Of a DNA stretch of 64,000 nt, positions 42,651 through 55,165 are shown piece after piece. Every line of letters begins with the position of its first letter. Position 1 is the first letter of the stretch. The notes under the pieces were generated by a model. It was not told where the DNA came from, did no database searches, and worked only from the letters and a program-made list of their open reading frames with translations. Position numbers and translations under genes: made by a program. Source of the DNA: Octopus vulgaris (lineage: Eukaryota); assembly GCA_951406725.2 (NCBI GenBank), contig OX597827.1:46934001-46998000 (forward strand), in the 5' to 3' direction.

Positions 42651-43050
42651 AGATATAGAATTTAATTTAAATTAAAATGCAAGGACACATTAGTATAATT
42701 TTACCTAAAAGTTAATGAGATAGACAAAGAACATGCTGCCATCACTCCCACTTAGAAGGTACGAAGGTATCAGGAAGAAAGACTTCTTACAGATTTTACT
42801 TGTCACTATTTTATGGGGTCAGTTTTAATTTATAGACTAGTTTTATCAAATCCTTGTATATCTAAGGCCGAGAGAACAGGGGCAGTGTCTGTTAGGGGTA
42901 CGGCTGAGGGAGCAGACAGAAATCATAATGGGTATAGTCATAAAAATCAAGATTTATAAGAAGCAATATCATGATATTTGGTAAAGGAAAACTTAAGTCA
43001 ATATGGCAATAATAAATCTCTGAACGAGATATAAACAGTAACCGCTCGAC

Positions 43051-43327
43051 AACGTAAGGTGTACTAGCCATCTGAATGTGGCTAGCCCCACTGGGGGTGG
43101 GGTGTTACTGATGCTTTTAGCCCCAGGCGATCAACGTCACCAGATGGACTTTAGACACTATCTCATAGGTTTTCGAGGGAGGATGACCTCCCTTTGCAAA
43201 TAACACAAGGGCACTGAGATAGTGTCTAAAGTCCATCTGGTGACGTTGATCGCCTGGGGCTAAAAGCATCAGTAACACCCCACCCCCAGTGGCTAGCCAC
43301 ATTCAGATGGCTAGTACACCTTACGTT
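43051..43327. repeat. Near-perfect GC-rich inverted repeat, 115/113-bp arms
   Basis: Arms 43051-43165 and 43215-43327 differ only by a 2-bp indel. Confidence 0.95.
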
Positions 43328-43379
43328 AAGTCAAGATATTAGCTGACAATTAAAGAGGCCAGCCACCAGCAGACCATTG

Positions 43380-44016
43380 ATAATGAAACAGGGGAAATCT
43401 TATCCGAAAGAATGAAAGGCAAAGTTGACCTGGGGCAGAATTTGGACTCAGAACACGAAGGCGGACAAAACACTGCTAAGAATTTTGACTGGTGTTGTAA
43501 AGATCCTGTCAGCTCTCCGCCTTGGCATTGAAGGTAATATTAATTTCAAATTTTGGCACAAGGCCAGAAATTTCTGGTGTGTGTATGGGTAAGGGGTGAG
43601 ACGATTACACCGACTCCGGTACTCAGTGGTATTACTTTTATCGACGCAAGAAAGATAAGAGATAAAGCTGACTTCGGCGGAATTTGAGTTCATAACGTGA
43701 AGATCGATGAAATGCCGCTAAGCGTTTCGTCCAAAGAGCTAACGATTGTGCCATCTCGCCGCCCTAGCATTGAAGGTAATATTGGCTTCAAATTTTGGTA
43801 CAAGGCCAGCAATTTCGGGGCTGAGACGGACGTAAATCGATGACATCAACCCAAGTGCTCAACTGGTACTTATTTTATCGACCTCAAAAATGAGAAAAGT
43901 TAGAGTTGACCTTGGCGGAATACGAACATAGAATATAAAGATGGGACAAAATGCCGCTAAGCATTTTACCCGGAGAGTTAAAGATTCGGCGCCTTGTATT
44001 AGTGAAGGTAATATTA
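43380..44016 (-). mobile_element. Three head-to-tail SINE family A copies
   Basis: Each followed by TGAAGGTAATATT (~43530, ~43771, ~44003). Confidence 0.75.
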
Positions 44017-44553
44017 AATCAAGAAAGCTAAACCATCATAAGTACAAATAAACCTAACTAATTATATCCAATTATGGCCTCAGATATATTTACGTTCATG
44101 AAATTTTAATCATAGCCCATTAGCTTTACGTTGCGCTTAAGTGTTTGTGGTTTGAAATTTTATGACAAAAAGAAAAAAAAATAAACAGTATAAATTCTCA
44201 TGTTTGTTTTTGTTGTTATTATTGTTCTCTCTATCGTTATGTTTCATTTATTTGTTTTGTTTTTTTTCTTTATGGATTTTTGCATGTTTTTTTTCTAATT
44301 TGTATTTTTGTTGTTGGTGTTTTGTTTTATGATGGCGGAAACAGAAACATTATCATAAATACTATATGAACATACATATATTGCTACACCCTGCTGGGTG
44401 CGTTTACGTGCGTGCATGTGTGTGTATGTGAGAGAGTATGCACGTATGCTCATATTATACATATCAATAAATTAAAATCAAGCTTTCTACCTATATATCT
44501 ATTTATCTGTTCCTCAGTATGTTTGTCTGTCACTCTATATATTCATATGTGTT

Positions 44554-44591
<38 letters not shown>

Positions 44592-44616
44592 TGTGTGTAG
44601 TTATGTGAAATATATA

Positions 44617-44678
<62 letters not shown>

Positions 44679-44701
44679 CGTTGTGCTGAATATGTACATG
44701 C

Positions 44702-44733
<32 letters not shown>

Positions 44734-44957
44734 CAAGCAAGAAAGAGAGAAATAGTGTGTGTGTTTGTGAAGGAAAGAGAGGCAGGGGGAGGGAAGGGAG
44801 AAACAAGCAATGATATTGATATATAAACACGCATATATACACACATATATATATACATATATACATGCATATATATAAATATATATATATACATATATAT
44901 ACACTCTTATAACATATATATAATATATATATATATATATACATACACATATATATA

Positions 44958-45042
<85 letters not shown>

Positions 45043-45262
45043 GTACATATATCTATAACATTTCCATATTGGAATTATGAGTCTAAGACAAAATGTGTCA
45101 CATGATTTGTACGAAACGGTGACCATTTATTGGTTGGTAAATGTGAATGTGTGTTTTCATATCCGTTTATTAATGGTATTACGGCATCTTTGCGCATGTA
45201 AGTGTATATCGAGTTCAGAATTTTTATACACATATACACGCATACATACGCATAGACACACA

Positions 45263-45306
<44 letters not shown>

Positions 45307-45453
45307 ACACTACATATGTTGCCTGTTATTATGTGTGTGTATGTGAGAGAGAGAGAATGTGTGTGTGTGAGTGTATGTGTGTATGTGAGAGAGTGATTAG
45401 AATAAGAGATAGTGAGGGTGAGAGAGCGCGAGTGGGGGAAGAGAGATAGATCC

Positions 45454-45488
<35 letters not shown>

Positions 45489-45513
45489 GAGAGTGCGAGA
45501 GAGAGAGAGAGAG

Positions 45514-45548
<35 letters not shown>

Positions 45549-46224
45549 GGGAATGAAAGAGTGTACATATGTGTATTTGTGTGTCTGTATTTGTGTGTGA
45601 GAAAGAGATATGAAGAAGTAGGATGCATGCGTGTGTACATGTGTATAAGTGTGTGCATATGTGTGTTTGTGAGAAAGGGAGAGAGATAAAGAGAGAGTAT
45701 ATGTATATGTGTGTGTATGTGCATGTATGTATGTTTGTGTACGTGTGTGTATGTGTGTGTGCATATGATTTGTAAGTCCCTAAAATAGTCAGCCATATTT
45801 TGATTCCAAAATATTCCTATACTGAACCCAATTAACGGAATCTTTAACCCGCGTCTAATAAAAATACCAACTATTCCGTTAAATTACATTTAACAAAACG
45901 TCACTCTTATTACCAAATATATGCCCTAGTTGTTTAGCCCTAGGCTGGCCCTGCTCAAACAGCTTTGTGGTGAAAATGATCCAGCTTTCGACAGTCGTCA
46001 TTTTCTCGATCATAGCGTGCCACTCTGGGATACGCTATACAGTGCGGCCATTTTATATTAGCCTTTATGGCTATATTTACCATGTTAACCTACCATGTAG
46101 GCGCTATCACATTGACCCACTTAACATGTACAATAATCTCGCGACTATCGCGGGTGTTACATTAAAAAAACCACTCTGCGATAGGTGAAAATCCGCGAAG
46201 TAGAAACATTTTTATAATTTGTAT

Positions 46225-46720
46225 AACTTAGATAACTTAGATCGGCCCAGGCCACGACTAACTCAATAGCACCACCTGGGAAAGTCTTTTAGTTAATTAT
46301 TTCGGGACATCATGGACCAATCACGCAGAAATTTGTTGTTGGTTGAGACGTATGCAGGTTTAGGTGGTTTATCCGGTATTTACTAGAGGAATTTTCCACG
46401 CACCGTTTGAAAGTTGTGCGGTCTTTTTCTACTTAAATTTCTTTCGGGATAACATTGCGAAGATCAGTGAATAAATTGTGTCGCAATTTTCTTATGTGAT
46501 GTGATCTCGACCTTTGTAGGGGATGCATTGCACGGGGGCCTAGTCTTGGGTGAATTATTAACATAATACCGATATCATTTGGATAATATTGGTGGAATAT
46601 TTTCCACATGGTGCAAATAATGTATCGCTCACGGTGGCGTTTCAGAGAATAGAGTTTCAGCTGATTAAGTCTAGCCCAAGAATCAAGCCCCATCATTCCA
46701 TTTACTTTTTTAGTGATTGA
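46225..46720 (-). mobile_element. CR1/L2-type LINE 3' fragment
   Basis: LDSWARLNQLKLYSLKRHRERYIICTMWKIF (L.L.SL..RR.R motif); short tandem tail (TCTAAGTTA)2. Confidence 0.75.
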
Positions 46721-47074
46721 TCTTTGTTATGCCACGATCCTCATTATGTCTTATTTTATTATTTTTTTTGTAGGGGGACCACAATGGCAGCATTATTATA
46801 AATGCAAAACAATAGCCCACACTCACCTCCTGAGTTTCGTTTTCCATACAGTGCGTGCGATACTTTGTTTACTCATCTACGGTACACTACGTATTTTCTT
46901 TTAATATATTTAATTAACATGTTATACAGTGCAGTACTGTACTGTATTTTAATTTATTAACATTTAGGAATAATTCATTTTTAGAAATAATTGAAATCTA
47001 AAAAATATAAATTCCTATCGGCCGAGGAAACCCGCGATATACTGAGGAGTCCGCGATATTAATTTAGATATATT

Positions 47075-47230
47075 CTTTACAACTCTAGGCACAAGGCCCG
47101 AAATTTTGGGGGAGGGGGGCCAGTTAATTAGATCGACCCCAATACGCAACTGGTATTTAATTTATCGACCCCGAAAGGATGAAAGGCAAAGTCAAGTCGA
47201 CCTGCGCGAAATTTGAACTGAGAACGAAAT
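47075..47230 (-). mobile_element. SINE family A, 5'-truncated
   Basis: CTCTAGGCACAAGGCCCGAAATTTT tail and central domain. Confidence 0.85.
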
Positions 47231-47333
47231 TTGAATATATTAGCCAGAAAAATTTGAGATGTACTGTGTGCGCGATAGATGAATCGCGATATACTGACTG
47301 CGTGATTGGTGAACCGCGATATGGCGAGGGATT

Positions 47334-47718
47334 GGATGGAAGCACTCCGTCGGTTACGACGACGAGGGTTCCGGTTGATCCGAATCAACGGAACAGCATG
47401 CTCGTGAAATTAACGTGTAAGTGGCTGAGCACTCCACAGATACGTGTACCCTTAACGTAGTTCTCGGGGATATTCAACGTGACACAGAGAGTGACAAGGC
47501 CGGCCCTTTGAAATACAGGTACAACAGAAACAGGAAATAAGAGTGAGAGAAAGTTGTGGTGAAAGAGTACAGCAGGGATCACCACCATCCCTGCCGGAGC
47601 CTCGTGGAGCTTTAGGTGTTTTCGCTCAATAAACACTCACAACGCCCGGTCTGGGAATCGAAACCGCGATCCTATGACCGCGAGTCCGCTGCCCTAACCA
47701 CTGGGCCATTGCGCCTCC
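47334..47718 (-). mobile_element. tRNA(Arg)-like SINE, family R (middle M, tail Y), full length
   Basis: Head nearly identical to the 15076 copy; TSD GGC(G/A)AGGGATT at 47323-47333 and 47719-47729. Confidence 0.9.
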
Positions 47719-48269
47719 GGCAAGGGATTACTGTATATGCTATAGTATATTAAGGCAACAGGGTAATACCGTTAGAAGGAGAATCTAAGAAGGCAAAGGA
47801 GGAGGATGGAATTCGGTTACTGAATAAATTAAGAGAAGTGAAGAAAAGTTTAGAACAAGACAAGAAAAAGTGAAATGTTTTTAAGAATGAAAACAAACCC
47901 CAAAGAAACTCTCAAATATCGCTTAAAGAAAATAGCTGAAGGAAAAAAAATTAAAAGCATATTAAACTTAAAACAAGCCGTCGAGGAAAATGTTTTTAGA
48001 ACAACTCATGATGTCTCAAAACTTCTCAAAGAATCTCAAATTATTCAAACGTTTTAGAGTTGCAAAGTTCTGAAACGTCTTCTACTAACGGTGTAACTCT
48101 GTTGTCTTACTATACTATGCCATATCCATGTTGGCTGAGATACATAAGCACATTAAAGTGTATATGTATACATGTGTGAAGTTCAGATCCTATACATACA
48201 TACATACATACATACATACATGCATACATACATACATACATACATACGTTACATACATACATACAAACA

Positions 48270-48471
48270 TGCATTTTGTAAACTTAGGGAGAGAATACTG
48301 ATCCTTAGTTCATTCTGTACAAATGATCATAATATCTGCGACTATCAAAATTTGCAAGACCTTTTTAAGATCTAAAGGGTGATGAACAAAACAAGATGCT
48401 TTCCTTCACAACCTTGCTCCCAAGTATGTGGTCGGTCTAAATTTACTCTAAAGTAAAAAAAGAAAGAGAAC

Positions 48472-48475
<4 letters not shown>
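48270..48475 (+). mobile_element. Second RLE-LINE-like 3' end within (ATAC)n
   Basis: QMIIISATIKICKTFLR resembles KIESITGTVNIYKTSQK at ~13640-13695; (ATAC)n on both sides. Confidence 0.5.
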
Positions 48476-48502
<27 letters not shown>

Positions 48503-48697
48503 CATACATACATACATACATACTACATACATAGTACATACATACATAAATGCATACATACATATATGCATACATATACATCAATACATGCATTCAAATA
48601 TACATATATAAATACAAACATATACGCATGCATACATACATGTGAATATCTCTTAGAAGATTAAAGAAAAAGAGGATAACTATCTTTACCCTTTCAC

Positions 48698-49075
48698 TAT
48701 TTTACTTGTTTCAGTTATCTGACTGTGGCCATGCTGGAGCACCGCCTTAAGTAGAAGAAATCGACCGCAGGACTTATGCTTTGGAAGCCTAGTACTTATT
48801 CCATCGGTTCTCTTTTGCCGAACCCTAAACAAATCACCATCGGTTGTTATGCGATGTTGGGGGGACAAACACAGACACACAAACATACACATACAAACAT
48901 TTATATATACATATAAACGACAGGCTTCTTTCAGTTTGCGTCTACCAAATCCACCCACAGAGCTTTGGTTGGCCCATGGCTATTGTAGAAGACACTCGCC
49001 CAAGGTGCTACGCAGTGGGAATGAAGACGGACCCATGTGGTTGGTAAGCAAGCTACTTATCACACAGTCACTCCT
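48698..49075 (-). mobile_element. SINE family B
   Basis: Colinear with other family B copies. Confidence 0.85.
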
Positions 49076-49537
49076 AACTATTTTCAACTGGTCTGGAAGC
49101 TCTAGTTCCTATCTCCAGAATAGGAATTCATATTTATTACCAATGATAAGCAGTGCCCTTGGTCTTGTTAGTAAAACCCAGAATGACAATCAGGAAAGCG
49201 GAAGTTTTCAGAAAAGAAAAAATCAACCGGCTAACACGCACATCACAAAAACAAACTTTAACCAGGATATTACGAATATGCAAAAGTCTTCCTGAAGTTT
49301 AAAATGTGAAACTGCATTCCAACGTTGTTAGAAACCTGCTCCTTCCTCAGATAAAGAATTTAAATAACGTAAAACAGAAGGGGATATACATGATTTCCTA
49401 TATTTGAATACGTACGTACAAAGACACCCAGACATGTACAAGCAAGTATGTATGTATGTGGATATATATATATGCATATACTACTACTACTACTACTACT
49501 ACTAATACTACTACTAATAATAATAATAAGAAGAGAA

Positions 49538-49842
49538 GGAAAATGCACACGGCTTATATAGTTTTAATATATTATAAATTCAAAAGTATTGTGGTTGTCG
49601 ACCGGTTTCGATTTCGTTAATCATGACATTGAAATTATTGTGATTTCGTATTTTCTTAAGTAGATTTTTGTCCATCTTCTAGTATGAAAGTTTCATACAA
49701 GAACATGGACTAAAATCTTTTTAAAATAATACGAAATCATGATAATTTCAATGTCATGATTAGCGAAATGGAAACCGGCTGACAACCACAATACTTTTGT
49801 ATATAAAATATATTAAAACTGTATAAGCCGTGTGCATTTTCC
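49538..49842. repeat. ~305-bp imperfect palindrome with almost no spacer
   Basis: Centre ~49690 (GTATGAAA G TTTCATAC); each arm carries GAAACCGG(TC/CT). Confidence 0.9.
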
Positions 49843-50027
49843 CTTTTTTATTTACGTATACTTTTTGCAACTACAGCTCTCCACGTGGGGATAATCAAAA
49901 TTCTCTTCCTCTCATAAACATATATATATGTGTGTGTATGTGTATGAATGTGTTTGTATATGTGCGTGTGTGGATGCGTGTGCGTGTGTATATTGTGTGT
50001 GTGTGTGTATGTGTGTGTGTGTGTGTA

Positions 50028-50083
<56 letters not shown>

Positions 50084-50369
50084 CTGAAAATTTTCCATGT
50101 GGCACTTTGCTTCCGATCTTACAGAAAATCTGCGCAGATGTAGTCTTCCATGCTGGTAGCAAAAGTTTCGATTATTTTCTGGAGAAATTTTTGCAATTTT
50201 AAATATTGAATAATGATTTCAATTTAAGCCAATGACATTTATCCAATCTTGGCACGCCCAAGGGGCGTTATCAATAGTGACAGTGTTTTAGTTTCTCGTC
50301 GTTCGTCCAATGAAGCGCAACGTTGCAGCAATCATATATTTATTTCAGAAATTGGTTCGGATCTCCGTC

Positions 50370-50637
50370 GGTTGTTACGATGCGTGTTCCATTTTTTTGA
50401 TCGACGCAACAGACTGCCCGTGAAATTAACCTGTAAAATAACTGAGTTCTCTACAGACGCGTTAACATAGTGATTCATGGTGATTCAATGTGACACAGAA
50501 TGAGTGAAGATTGGCTCTTTTGAATTACAAGTATTACTTATTTATGCTAGCTGAGTGGGGAAAAAGCATTGCGGAGGTCGAACTCGCGACGTTACGGCCA
50601 TGGGCCGAATACCCAAGCACCTTAACCACGCACCTTT
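50370..50637 (-). mobile_element. Family R SINE (tail Y), diverged
   Basis: Similar to the reverse complement of 60837-61157. Confidence 0.6.
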
Positions 50638-50731
50638 ACAATTTATAGAAATTAGTAATAATAATAATAACAACCACAAAAACAACAACAACGATGATGA
50701 TAACAATAGTAATAATAGTAATAATAATAAC

Positions 50732-50791
<60 letters not shown>

Positions 50792-50818
50792 AACAACAAC
50801 AACAACAACAACAATAAC

Positions 50819-50867
<49 letters not shown>

Positions 50868-50924
50868 GATAGAATGCGAGAGGGTAATGTATAAGTGATA
50901 CCAGTGGCGATCGGAGCGTTGGGG

Positions 50925-51612
50925 AAAAGTCGGCCTCGGCGGAATGTGAACTCAGAATGTAGCGGCAGACTAAATACATATTTCTTTACTACCCACAAGG
51001 GGCTAAACACAGAGAGGACAAACAAGGACAGACAAACGGATTAAGTCGATTATATCGACCTCAGTGTGCAACTGGTACTTATTTAATCGACCCCGAAAGG
51101 ATGAAAGGCAAAGTCGACCTCGGCGGAATTTGAACTCAGAACGTTACGGCAGACGAAATACGGCTACGTATTTCGCCCGGCGTGCTAACGATTCTGCCAG
51201 CTCACCGCCTTAAAATACAGAGGTATTTCGTCTGTCTTTACGTTCTGAGTTCAAATTCCGCCGACGTCGACTTTGCCTTTCATCATCTCGGGGTCGATAA
51301 ATTAAGTACCACTTGAGTAATGGAGTCGATCTAATCGACTGGTCCCCTCCCCGAAAATTTCGGGCCTTGTGCCTGGAAAAGAATATGTGTTCTGCTTCGG
51401 CTGTGATTTGGCAGAAACATTAGCACGCCGAGGCAAATGCTTAGCGACACTTCGGCTCTGTTGATGTTCTGACTTTAAATTCCGCCGAGGTCGACTTTGC
51501 CTTTCATCCTTTCGGAGTCGATTGAATAAAGTACCAGTTGTGTACTGGTGTCGATATAATCAACTGGCCCCTGCCCCAAAATTTCGGGCCTTGTGCCTAG
51601 AGTAGAAAAGAA
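50925..51612. mobile_element. Cluster of SINE family A copies in both orientations
   Basis: Minus dimer 50925-51212; plus copies 51221-51385 and 51405-51612. Confidence 0.85.
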
Positions 51613-53228
51613 TATGTATACTGCTTCATGAAAATGTTTTAGGTACCTCTGGGTGTGAATAGACACCAATATTTGAAATCTCTATTCTAGGGCCGAGAAA
51701 ATGAAGTACCAGTCATGCACTGTGGTGGATTTAATCAACTAATCCGTCCCCAACAAATGTTTGACCTTGTGCCTATGTAAGGAACTATTACCAATATAGG
51801 CGCTCCAGTTCTTTGCGTCCTGAGTTCAAATTCTGTTGTAGCCATCGTTGCCCTTGATCTTTCCAGTGGTAGAGAATAAAATGAATTACTAGTCTAGTAT
51901 TTGGATCGATTTAATCGACTAAGTCATCCGCATTTGTTTGTGACCATGAGCTTATATTTAAAGTCTGTCTTACTAAGCTCTTGTTTTCTGCTTATGTAAG
52001 AAGATATTCTTAAATAATATCGAAAGAATTTACCTTTGCATTCAATCTTTTGAAGAACAAAAGAAAACAAGAAATGAATTTTTGTTTTTTAGGTAGTCCT
52101 TTGTATATAATCCTTGGTTAAAAATATCTGAATTTCCAAGCTTCGTTAATTTTTGAAACACGAGAATGGACAGGCAAGTTAATCAATTCATCAAATAAAT
52201 GGAACAAAAGATAGTGACACCTAAATTTGGTAATGCCTGAATATATTTGGACAGAGCGGTGGTGAAGGAATGTTGGTTGTAGTGTGCATAATTATTAAAG
52301 CCGAAATATTTCAAAAAAATTCCGTTTGCATTTTTTCTTTTTAGCACGCAGTGTAGCGCTTCAGACGGGAACGAAAGAATCATCAGAAATTTTGCATCAT
52401 GCTTCCGTAGACCGATTCAGAAAACTACCAAAGGCAGTTGGGACTGTTACATTATTATCGAAATAAATATTTCAATGGAAAAAATAAACAAACAACAATA
52501 ACAAAACACAAGGTAATTACAATCAATAATATTAAGGGGTGAAAATTAACTCGGCTCATCTGCAAATAACCAAGACAAATGTCCATTAGCTTCCTTAACA
52601 TTCGGGCTATTATTATTAAAATTACATTCGCATTCAAAGACAATTTTATTTATTTATTTTAGTGTTACTGTATTTTAGTTTTTTGTTTGTTTCTTGTAAA
52701 ATTTAAGAAATGTTTTCTTTTTCCACGCAAGAATATTATATTTCTTTTCATTTTCTTTCGTGTATTTTCATTTATATTTCATTGGAATCATTCTTGCAAT
52801 TTGTATCAAATTTCAATCCAATATTTAAAACTCATCGTTTGATTACTATTTAGAAGATTGCATTCGCTAAAGACATCCGCCATTAAAATAAAAAATACTA
52901 CGTGTGATTGCTTTGCAGTATGTTCTCAGGTTGATAAACTATAAGGTATAAAAAAAAATCCTCTCCTTTCCGTTGTTCTCATGCTATTATATTTGCTCTT
53001 TTTTTAAACATTATGCAGTACTCCAGCGTGGGCACAATTTAGTGACAAAATCTAGTAAATGAATAAAGGTATCAATACTCTCATTCTATCATTTTCAGTG
53101 GAGTTTTATATATTTATAGCAACATATTCCTTTCCCCCTCTTTCTCTTATTCCCCCCTCTTTCATTCATTCTTTCTCATTTTCTTTCCCCTCTCGTTCTA
53201 TCTTTCATATTTTATTATATAGTAAACC

Positions 53229-53840
53229 CAAGGCGGCGAGCTGGCAGAAACGTTAGCACGCCGGGCGAAATGCATAGCCGTATTTCGTCTGCCGTTACGT
53301 TCTGAGTTCAAATTCCACCGAGGTCGACTTTGCCTTTCATCCTTTCGGGGTCGATTAAATAAGTACCAGTTACGCACTGGGATCGATATAATCGACTTAA
53401 TCCGTTTGTCTTTCCTTGTTTGTCCCCTCTGTGTTTAGCCCCTTGTGGGTAATAAAGAAATAGAACAAGGTATTTCATTTGTCTTTACGTTGTGAGTTCA
53501 AATTCTGCCGAGGTCGACTTTGCCTTTAATCCTTTCGGGGTCGATAAATTAAGTATCAGTTGCATACTGGGGTCAATCCCATCGACTGACCCCTCCCCAA
53601 AATTTTGGGCCTTGGCCTAGAGTAGAAAATATACAGTAATCCCAAGGCGACGAGCTGGCAGAATCGTTAGGACACCGGGCGAAATGCTTAGCCGTATTTC
53701 GTCTGCCTTTACGTTCTGAGTTCAAATTGCACCGAGGTCGGCTTTGCCTTTCATCCTTTAGGCGTCGATAAAATAAGTACCAGTTGCGTACTGGGTCGAT
53801 CTAATCGACTGGGCCTCTCCCCAAAACTTTCGGGCCTTGA
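53229..53840 (+). mobile_element. SINE family A dimer followed by another full copy
   Basis: Heads at ~53230 and ~53644, each preceded by ATA(T/C)AGTAA(A/T)CCCA. Confidence 0.9.
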
Positions 53841-54455
53841 CCTCTTCATCGTCATCACCATCATCATCATCATCATCATCGTCATCGTCGTCCTCATCTC
53901 ATCATCGCCAGCCTCCTCTCCTGCTTCTCCTCCTCCTCGTTATCCTCACCCCATCATCATCGTCATCGTCATCATCATCCTCACTCCATTAATATAATTA
54001 TCATCATCATCAACGTCATCGTTATCTTCACCTGGTCATCATCGCCAACCCCTTCCTCCTCCTCCTCCTCATCATCATCATCATCATCATCATCGCCATC
54101 ATCATCCAACCACATTGCACTTTATCTTTGTCACTATAATCTACATCAACTTCGTTCACCAAGATTCTCACTGTTCATCTACATCCTCCGCTTCACAACT
54201 TCCTCTTCTTCAACCTCTTCCTCCTACTCCTCCTCATCTCCTCATCTCTCAGCCTCCCAGCTTCCCTCATTAATCAACTAACAATGACAGCATTAAGAAA
54301 TAAACGTGAGTCGGGATTCTAAATCCAGACCAGTCGAGTTTGGTTCTCTTTGAATCTATCTACTTGCGCAATTTCCGGAGTAAAAGTGAAGTCGTTCCAT
54401 CCTCCTCCTACTCCTCCGGCTCCTTCTCCTACTCCTACTCCTCCTCATCATCATA
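53841..54455. repeat. (TCA/TCC)n low-complexity tract
   Basis: Visible trinucleotide periodicity. Confidence 0.8.
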
Positions 54456-54459
54456 ATCA

Positions 54460-54590
54460 AGAATGAGAACCAAGGTTCGAAATTTCTCCAAGACACCTGA
54501 CGAAGTTTGGAGGGTATATCAGCCGAAACATGTTAACAACAAAGATGAGGACAAATAGCTGACAAATGTAAATAATGTAAATAATGGACA
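54460..54590 (+). mobile_element. Repeat family D with degenerate hammerhead-like motif
   Basis: ACAC CTGACGA A GTTTGG-AGGGTATA-TCAGCC GAAA CATG TT. Confidence 0.5.
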
Positions 54591-54794
54591 CATTACGTAT
54601 ACTTTAGAAAATCGAAGGATCACTGATCGAATTTTGAGCATACAGCTACTCAGCCATTGTTGACTACATAACAAGAACGACAATAACAACAACAACAACA
54701 TTATCCAGGCTTTCAATCCCCTGCTACCTCATTCGTTAAAAACGTGAAGGAAAATACTTTGCCTCAGACAAAACATATGATGTCTATACTCTTT

Positions 54795-55165
54795 ACTCTT
54801 TTATTTGTTTCAGTCATTTGACTGCGGCCATGCTGGAGCACGGCCTTTAGTCGAGCAAATCGACTTCAGGACTTATTCTTTGTAAGCCTAGTACTTATTC
54901 TACCGGTCTCTTTTGCCGGGGACGTAAACACACCAGCATCGGTTGTCAAGCGATGTTGGGGGGACAAACACAGACACACAAACATATACACACACATACA
55001 TATATATATACGACGGGTTTCTTTCAGTTTCCGACTACAAAATCTACTCACAATGCTTTGGTCGGCTCGAGGCTATAGTAGAAGACACTTGCCCAAGGTG
55101 CTACGCAATGGAACTGAACCCAGAACCATGTGCTTGGTAAGCAAGCTACGTACCACACAGCCACG
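54795..55165 (-). mobile_element. SINE family B
   Basis: Near full-length copy. Confidence 0.85.

Larger units (their letters stand above)
46131..47733. mobile_element. Non-autonomous pogo/Tigger-like DNA transposon with nested insertions
   Basis: TA+CAATAATCTCGCGACTATCGCGG left end; CCGCGATATGGCGAGGGATT/ACTG+TA right end; subterminal CGCGATA repeats. Confidence 0.65.
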
